Part shown: positions 58,183 to 64,000 of the stretch, one piece after another
Layout of the letters: the number at the start of each line of letters is the position of its first letter
How positions within the stretch are numbered: the first letter of the stretch is position 1
Source: Candidatus Amesbacteria bacterium
GTDB taxonomy: Bacteria > Patescibacteriota > Microgenomatia > CAZETR01 > Amesbacteraceae
NCBI GenBank assembly: GCA_027371535.1
Contig: DAHXMV010000001.1
Span: 172,825-236,824, forward strand
Reading direction: 5' to 3'
Length of the DNA stretch: 64,000 nt
Made by a program: the position numbers and the translations under genes
Notes under the pieces: generated by a model
Databases searched by the model: none
What the model was told of the DNA's origin: nothing
Seen by the model: the letters and a program-made list of their open reading frames with translations, nothing else

Positions 58183-59418
58183 CTAACGGGGTGAAATTTT
58201 ATCCGTACCCATGAACGGCCGAAGGATTTCGGGAACAGTGACTGATCCGTCGGCATTCTGGTAGTTTTCCAAAATGGCCAGCGGAACCCGGGAAGAAACC
58301 AGGGCGGTGCCGTTCAACATATGGACAAAATCCGATTTATCCGGGGGATTTTTATAACGGATATTTAAGTTTCTCGCCTGATAATCGGTACAATTACTCG
58401 TGGAGGTAACTTCACCATAATCCCCACGTCCGGGCATCCAGGCTTCAATATCATACTTTTTGGCTGCAGTAGCCCCTAAATCACCGGTGCACATTTCCAG
58501 AATCCGATAAGGCAGCCCCAAATCCTGATAAATGGACTCCTCGTTTTGGAGAATCTCCCGGTGGTATTTATCCGAATCTTCGGGCAGACAATAGACAAAC
58601 ATCTCGACTTTGGTAAATTGGTGAACCCGATAAAGACCTTTGGAATATTTGCCGTACGCCCCGGATTCCTGGCGGAAACAATGAGAATAGCCAACGTATT
58701 TTAGGGGTAATTTATCAGCCGGGATGACCTCGTCCGCGTGTTTTCCGGCCAAAGTAACTTCGGCGGTGGCAATCAAACCCAGGTCCTGACCTTCGATAAC
58801 ATAAGTCTGGGCCTCGTTGCCTTTAGGGGCATAGCCCGTACCCAAATAAAAACGCGATTTTGCCAGATCGGGGGTAATTACCGGGGTAAAACCGGCTTTT
58901 TGTAATTTTTGCATGGCATATTGGACCAGGGCCAGCTCCAGAAGCGCTCCGGCACCATACCAATAAAAAAACTGGGAACCGGTGACTTTGGCGCCGGTCG
59001 GGAAATCCAAAATACCCAAAGCCTCCCCCAATTGAAGATGATCTTTGACGGGAAAATCAAAATTTTTGGGAGTCCCCCAGCGGCTGATTTCCACATTATC
59101 GGCTTCGGATTTACCGGACGGCACATCCGGCAGGGGCAGATTGGGAATCTGGCTTAGGGTAAAACCGATCTGGTGGTCGATTTTTTCAAGTTCCGGTTCC
59201 AGTTTTTTCAGCTGCTCTTTGACATGCCTGCCCAGCTCCTGCCGGTCTTTATCGATTTTGTTCCGGTCGGCCCGCAGCTCTTCTATCTCACCCAGCAGTT
59301 TTCTCCTGTATATATCCAGACGCAAGGCCTCATCGACCAAGTCAGCGGAATAGCCTTTAGCCCGGATGCCGGCTTTGACAAAGTCAGGTTTTTCGCGGAT
59401 AAGTTTGATATCCAGCAT
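58183..59418 (-). CDS. serS: seryl-tRNA synthetase
   Basis: N-terminal coiled-coil arm (MLDIKLIREKPDF..) and class II catalytic core. 411 aa. Confidence 0.85.
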   Translation of the reverse strand: MLDIKLIREKPDFVKAGIRAKGYSADLVDEALRLDIYRRKLLGEIEELRADRNKIDKDRQELGRHVKEQLKKLEPELEKIDHQIGFTLSQIPNLPLPDVPSGKSEADNVEISRWGTPKNFDFPVKDHLQLGEALGILDFPTGAKVTGSQFFYWYGAGALLELALVQYAMQKLQKAGFTPVITPDLAKSRFYLGTGYAPKGNEAQTYVIEGQDLGLIATAEVTLAGKHADEVIPADKLPLKYVGYSHCFRQESGAYGKYSKGLYRVHQFTKVEMFVYCLPEDSDKYHREILQNEESIYQDLGLPYRILEMCTGDLGATAAKKYDIEAWMPGRGDYGEVTSTSNCTDYQARNLNIRYKNPPDKSDFVHMLNGTALVSSRVPLAILENYQNADGSVTVPEILRPFMGTDKISPR

Positions 59419-59445
59419 GTGAATATTATATCTTAAATCAAGGAT

Positions 59446-60708
59446 ATGCGGAATTTTATAATAAAAATTGTTCCGGCTGTATTTATAGCAGCGTCAATTT
59501 TAGTCTTTCCGGCAAAGTTATATTCTGACCGGCATTTGGACACACTGAGCCTGGCGCAAATGATACTAAAAGGGGATTTTGTAGTTTTCGACATCCATCA
59601 AGATATTTACGGGCTGAAAGCAATGTTTTTAAAACAAGATCCTTACCGGGATTTGGGGCCTGCTCTCAAAACATTCGGGCTGGATTATACCGCCCGCCAC
59701 CCGTCACCACATCCCCCGACGGCTTTTTTATTAACTTTTCCCGTAGTTTTTTTACCCATAAAAATATCGGCCATGGTGTGGGCCTGGTTAATGCTTTTTA
59801 TATTTGCCATAGGTCTTTTAATTTATGGATATAAAACCGGGGACGTGATACTTATTTGTGCACTGAGCCTGCTTTGGCCGACTACGGTCACCTCACTGGT
59901 CCAGCTGACCATTATCTGGCTGACCTGCATACTGGCGGCCTACAAATTCAGAAATACCCGGCCGTTGATCTCCGGGATATTTATTGGTCTGGCATCTCTC
60001 TCCAAATTCTCTCCGGCGGTCCTGTTAATACCATTTTTATTAAGGAGGAAATGGCGTGCAGTGGCGGGTTTTTTGATAGTATGGGTGATCGCTGCGCTCT
60101 TAATTTTGGCGTTTGCCCCCGAAACGATAATGCGGTATCTGGAAGTGGCAAAACAAACGTCTGTGCAAATGATGCTAAGGACCGATAACGCCTCTCCGGG
60201 GGCATTTTTAGGGCTGTATTTCGAAACAGCGGGCTGGATAGCGGCCGGGGGGCTGGGAATGCTGTTTTTATATTTGACCAGGAAAATCTGGCTGAAAATA
60301 CCGCATGGGAACATGGCCGCAAACGAATGGAATTTCTATTCCTATCTGGCAGTGATAGTTTTACCTGTCACCTGGTCGTATTCCATCCTGCCTTTATTTC
60401 CGATTTTAGCCATGACTTTTCAAAAAGGCGGCCGGGGAAAATATCTGGCGGTATTGACGCTGGCTGTAGCGATACTTATGCCGGCTTTCGGCACCATCAC
60501 GCCATATTATGTCTTTATATTGGTATTGTTATTCGGGGTGATGATAATCATCCGGGAACAGCCAAATATTATAAACCGATTTCCGGGGTCGCGGACTGCA
60601 TGGCTGAAAGAGAAACACTTACGAATTCTTCCAAAGACAGGCCGAGTTTATCCTGACACAGGGCAATTTCGTCACGGCGGGTACCCCGGGCAAAACCGGG
60701 TTCCTTAA
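59446..60708 (+). CDS. polytopic membrane protein, putative GT87/DUF2029-like glycosyltransferase; 3' end uncertain (overlaps convergent HD gene)
   Basis: Ten or more TM helices. Hydrophilic tail after ~60540. Confidence 0.45.
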   Translation: MRNFIIKIVPAVFIAASILVFPAKLYSDRHLDTLSLAQMILKGDFVVFDIHQDIYGLKAMFLKQDPYRDLGPALKTFGLDYTARHPSPHPPTAFLLTFPVVFLPIKISAMVWAWLMLFIFAIGLLIYGYKTGDVILICALSLLWPTTVTSLVQLTIIWLTCILAAYKFRNTRPLISGIFIGLASLSKFSPAVLLIPFLLRRKWRAVAGFLIVWVIAALLILAFAPETIMRYLEVAKQTSVQMMLRTDNASPGAFLGLYFETAGWIAAGGLGMLFLYLTRKIWLKIPHGNMAANEWNFYSYLAVIVLPVTWSYSILPLFPILAMTFQKGGRGKYLAVLTLAVAILMPAFGTITPYYVFILVLLFGVMIIIREQPNIINRFPGSRTAWLKEKHLRILPKTGRVYPDTGQFRHGGYPGQNRVP

Positions 60709-61144
60709 AACGCTTTAAAACCGAACTAAGTTTGACGTCAGCAATTTTTTTTGACGGCAGGACCAAAGTGGCAGCGACGATTAAACCGGTAAGGGAATCG
60801 GCACAAAAAATAGACCAATCCATGAGATTTTCGGGCTCCACACCGGTATTATGCCAATTGTGGGCCGCCATGGCATGAGCCACGTGGGGAGGAATTTCAA
60901 AACCAGCCTCTTTGATCCAGCCGGCAATCTGAATCCCCTGCATTTGGGGCGGAACGGAATCCGTATAGTCACCGTCGTGCAATAAACCGGCAATGTACCA
61001 ATCTTCCCTGGCGGAACCAGCGTTTGGCTGCAACCTGTCATATAAGGCACCCATAACCGCGGCCAAAGCCAACATATGTTTAATGATGTTTTCATTAGTC
61101 ACATGGGACCGGATAAGTGAAAGAGCTTGTTCTTTAGTAATCAT
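60569..61144 (-). CDS. HD-domain phosphohydrolase
   Basis: H..HD motif: IKHMLALAAVMG ... AGLLHDGDY. 191 aa. Confidence 0.65.
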   Translation of the reverse strand: MITKEQALSLIRSHVTNENIIKHMLALAAVMGALYDRLQPNAGSAREDWYIAGLLHDGDYTDSVPPQMQGIQIAGWIKEAGFEIPPHVAHAMAAHNWHNTGVEPENLMDWSIFCADSLTGLIVAATLVLPSKKIADVKLSSVLKRFKEPGFARGTRRDEIALCQDKLGLSLEEFVSVSLSAMQSATPEIGL

Positions 61145-61148
61145 AGGA

Positions 61149-62957
61149 TTATTTCCATAAAGGAAATTTTCCGGTTAACAAATCGACTTTATCCTTGGGA
61201 CCGAATATGCCGATACCCGCGTAGATTATTTCATTATCGGTTTTCCCGGAAATCATTTCCGCCAATTTTTTATCATTGGTAGTGTCCATCATTTCCGGAA
61301 TATAACCTATATAGAGCAAGTCAGTAGACCGCACCTGATCCATAAGCATTTTCAATTCCGTTTTTGAAGCTGTCAGTGTCACAATCGGATACTGGGAATT
61401 TCTGGGTAAATTTACACCGTCTTTGGTAGAAAAATGCGATCCGGAATCAAAAGGCTGCCGCATTTTATTACCTAAAAATGAAGCTATATGCCCGGAAGTA
61501 TTCATAATCTGCCAGGGGGGTAAATCAGGATTAATAACAATTACGGATTTTTGGCTAAAGTCTTGTTTAGATGTAGCAGAATCCGGACGAAGCAGAGGGA
61601 ATAAAACGCACTCCCGGCTGGGCTTGTCGGCTAAAAATGAAAACAGGCGCTCTGAGACGCCAAATCCGGAAACCGGCGGCATACCATATTCCAAAGCTTC
61701 TACAAAATCTTTATCGTACATCTGGGCTTCGGCATCGCCATTATCTCTAAGTGCCTGCTGCCGGGAAAACCTGGCGGCCTGGTCTATGGGATCATTTAAT
61801 TCCGAATAGCCGTTTCCCAATTCGGAGCCGGCAATAATCACCTGATAGCGTTCCACAAAACCGGGGTTTTGGGCCTGACGTTTGGCCAGCGGAGACACTG
61901 CCACCGGATGCCCGACCAAAAATGCCGGACCGGAAATGGTCTTCCTGACTTCCTTCCATAATTCATCAATTTTTCTGGCGTCATCCATCTGCCTGATATC
62001 CCGGCCGGTTTTTTCTAAAATTGTCCGGGTGTAATCTATTTTGGGCCATGCCTGGTTTAAATTTACGTGATGACCGTAAATATCAAATTCCAGTTTTCCG
62101 AAAGTCCGTTCGGCCACTGCTTTATACATTTCCTCCACCAAGGCCATGGAATCCTCAAAATCGGCATAAGCCCAGTAAAACTCCATCTGGGTGTAGTCCT
62201 GGAGGTGTTCGCGGCTTAAACCTTCATTTCTGAATTGCCGCCCGATTTCAAATGTCTTTTCGAATCCGGCTACCATCAGACGCTTCTGCCACAGCTCACC
62301 CATGGAGATACGCAGATACAGATCGATGTCCAGGGCATTGTGATGGGTAATAAACGGAGCGGCATCCGCCCCGCCGAAGACATTTTCCAATACCGGAGTT
62401 TCCACTTCCAAAAAACCTTTGGCTTTCAGAAAATTGCGTACACTGTCCCAAAATTCGGTCTTTTGGCGGAAAAGCCGGGGTAAGCGGTCATCGAGCAATA
62501 AGTCCAGATAACGCCTCCTATACCTTTCTTCTTCGTCTTTTAAACCGTGCCAGTCGTCAGGCAGGGGTCTGATGGATTTTGATAGAAGTTCAAAGGAAGT
62601 TACGTCCACCGTGATTTCCCCCGATTGAGTGATCATAATTTTTCCCGTAACACCTATAAAATCACCGACATCAAACAGTTTTAAGAGCGGAAATCTGTCC
62701 GGGATATTATTTTTCTGGAATAACAACTGGATCTGACCAGAACTATCCCGTAAATCGGCAAAAACCACATTTCCATGTTCCCTAAAACGCCAAAGTCTGC
62801 CGACAACCGACACTTCTCCATGTTCACTACGGGCTTTTGATATAGTGATGAAAGTTTTTGAAAATTTGGCTGGATAGGGGTTGATATTCAAACTTCTTAA
62901 CTTGGCAAGTTTGGACAGGCGGTTATTTCTGATTTCTGCTAAACGGGTCTGTGGCAT
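61149..62957 (-). CDS. lysS: lysyl-tRNA synthetase (class II) with ~140-aa C-terminal extension of unknown function
   Basis: N-terminal OB anticodon-binding region, then class II motifs (FRNEG, GGADA..). The extension covers residues ~465-602 and has no obvious family. Confidence 0.8.
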   Translation of the reverse strand: MPQTRLAEIRNNRLSKLAKLRSLNINPYPAKFSKTFITISKARSEHGEVSVVGRLWRFREHGNVVFADLRDSSGQIQLLFQKNNIPDRFPLLKLFDVGDFIGVTGKIMITQSGEITVDVTSFELLSKSIRPLPDDWHGLKDEEERYRRRYLDLLLDDRLPRLFRQKTEFWDSVRNFLKAKGFLEVETPVLENVFGGADAAPFITHHNALDIDLYLRISMGELWQKRLMVAGFEKTFEIGRQFRNEGLSREHLQDYTQMEFYWAYADFEDSMALVEEMYKAVAERTFGKLEFDIYGHHVNLNQAWPKIDYTRTILEKTGRDIRQMDDARKIDELWKEVRKTISGPAFLVGHPVAVSPLAKRQAQNPGFVERYQVIIAGSELGNGYSELNDPIDQAARFSRQQALRDNGDAEAQMYDKDFVEALEYGMPPVSGFGVSERLFSFLADKPSRECVLFPLLRPDSATSKQDFSQKSVIVINPDLPPWQIMNTSGHIASFLGNKMRQPFDSGSHFSTKDGVNLPRNSQYPIVTLTASKTELKMLMDQVRSTDLLYIGYIPEMMDTTNDKKLAEMISGKTDNEIIYAGIGIFGPKDKVDLLTGKFPLWK

Positions 62958-62969
62958 ACAAATATTTTA

Positions 62970-64000
62970 CTAGGCCCGGGTAATATAAGCCAGAATTAAG
63001 TCTTTGAGCTGATTTAAGGCCGTAATCGAAATTCTTTCATTTACGGTATGAGGATTTTGGCAACCATCGCCGATAGTGATGACCCTGAAACCATGGGCGG
63101 CAAAAACATTGCTGTCACTGGCTCCGTAGATTTTTTCAGGGACTACATTCAACTTTTGATGTTTCATGACATTTATGATTGAGGTTACGGACGGATCATC
63201 AGGCCGGAATTCATAGCCCCGGCAATACAGGGCGGAATTGAATTCCAAGACTGCCTGAGACGCTTTGGTAATTTTTGAAAAGCCGGCTAATATTTTATCC
63301 TGGGCAACGGTTAAATGTTTTTGGCTGAAACTCCTGATTTCACCGACCATTTTAACCCGGCCGGGGACGGTATTCATGGCAGTGCCTCCGGAGATTAATC
63401 CCAGATTGGCTACGGTATCCGGGTTTAGCCGACCCCACTTGGCCGCGGAAATCGCCCGGGCAGCAACGGTCAAAGCATTGATAGCTGATTCCGGAAGGCT
63501 GGCATGGGCAGGTTTGCCGATAATTTCCAGTTCCAAATTCATGATCCAGGGTGAGGCCGTGACCAGATAACCCAAATCAGCTCCGAGATCCGGGATCAAA
63601 CCCTCCCTACTTTCCAGCCTTGAGAAATCGAATGAGCCGATGCCGCTGTCAGTTTCCTCGCGGACGGAGAAAACGACTTCCAGGTGACGGTTTTTTTGGG
63701 GAGGACATTCAGCGATTGATTGCATGATCGCGGCTAATGCTCCTTTATTGTCCGCCCCCAGAATTGTGTCTCCTCCACTTTGAATAATTTCGTCTGTAAT
63801 CCGGGGACGGATACCCCGACCCGGTTCTACCGTATCCATATGGGCACTCAAAATGAGCGGCGGATTACGTCCGGGAATATCGACAAATAAGTTTCCGGAC
63901 CGGTCGATTTCGGGTTTTAACCCCTGGTTTCTGAACCAATCGGAAATAAAAAGACTGACCTCGGATTCAAAACCCGACGGGCTGTCGATTTTGACCAGCT
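62970..64000 (-). CDS. M20-family metallopeptidase (peptidase T/ArgE/DapE-like), 5' end beyond window
   Basis: SAHMDTV and GADNKGALA metal-binding motifs. The frame stays open upstream to the window edge (..LVKIDSPSGFESEVSLFISDWFRNQGLKPEIDRSGNLFVDIPGRNPPLIL). Confidence 0.7.
   Translation of the reverse strand, partial: LVKIDSPSGFESEVSLFISDWFRNQGLKPEIDRSGNLFVDIPGRNPPLILSAHMDTVEPGRGIRPRITDEIIQSGGDTILGADNKGALAAIMQSIAECPPQKNRHLEVVFSVREETDSGIGSFDFSRLESREGLIPDLGADLGYLVTASPWIMNLELEIIGKPAHASLPESAINALTVAARAISAAKWGRLNPDTVANLGLISGGTAMNTVPGRVKMVGEIRSFSQKHLTVAQDKILAGFSKITKASQAVLEFNSALYCRGYEFRPDDPSVTSIINVMKHQKLNVVPEKIYGASDSNVFAAHGFRVITIGDGCQNPHTVNERISITALNQLKDLILAYITRA

Noticed and set aside
1-64000. tRNA, rRNA or CRISPR arrays
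   Set aside because: Intergenic regions are short. None contains a T-loop (GTTCGAATC-like) or cloverleaf-compatible sequence, and none contains regularly spaced direct repeats. The long non-coding stretches (39148-39416, 46363-46545, 47563-47939, 49435-49727) show no such patterns.

Overview
This is a gene-dense bacterial window of about 64 kb with standard genetic code, mostly on the minus strand. TGA, TAG and TAA all act as stops, and RF2 is present. Small genes, many Pro/Thr-rich surface proteins and fused multidomain proteins suggest an uncultivated small-genome lineage (Patescibacteria/CPR-like), but that is only a guess. I found no rRNA, tRNA or CRISPR. Main blocks:
- 1.1-13.8 kb: a co-directional surface-glycosylation locus, with a glycoside hydrolase (GH), two GT2, two membrane GT-C/ArnT-PMT-like enzymes, an LmbE/PIG-L deacetylase, a GT4 and a 1541-aa GT2-GT2(QxxRW)-flippase-like-GT4 fusion. 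It is flanked by Pro/Thr-rich FN3-type surface proteins and a VanZ-like protein.
- 15.1-17.8 kb: ftsE-ftsX followed by a PcsB-like coiled-coil cysteine-peptidase.
- 18.3-31.3 kb: housekeeping genes (TlyA-like MTase, prfB, NrnA-like DHH, ECF sigma, typA, sodA, a membrane-anchored double AAA+ Clp-like ATPase, glgA, acyP, bcp).
- 30.7-31.3 kb: a response-regulator gene broken by an in-frame TAA stop.
- 31.4-39.1 kb: MFS transporter, SHOCT protein, a membrane-anchored MEMO1-AMMECR1 fusion, aminotransferase, a large secreted protein, S51 peptidase and an IS transposase remnant.
- 39.4-45.3 kb: two HlyD-like adaptors, MarR, and a divergent pair of ABC exporter genes with a palindromic operator.
- 46.5-47.6 kb: an intact IS481-like transposase. 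Next to it is an SDR gene that also carries an in-frame TAA.
- 48.6-52.4 kb: the most striking region. It is AT-rich and lies immediately downstream of secA. It holds an MliC-like lysozyme inhibitor and three unrelated Cys-containing membrane-anchored proteins. Each of the three is preceded by a ~50-60 bp direct repeat copying the last codons of secA (KKCHYPN, stop) plus flanking bases. This looks like serial site-specific insertion at the secA 3' end.
- 52.4-64 kb: secA, a spermidine-synthase-like MTase, an ABC exporter, serS, an HD hydrolase, lysS with an unexplained C-terminal extension, and a partial M20 peptidase.
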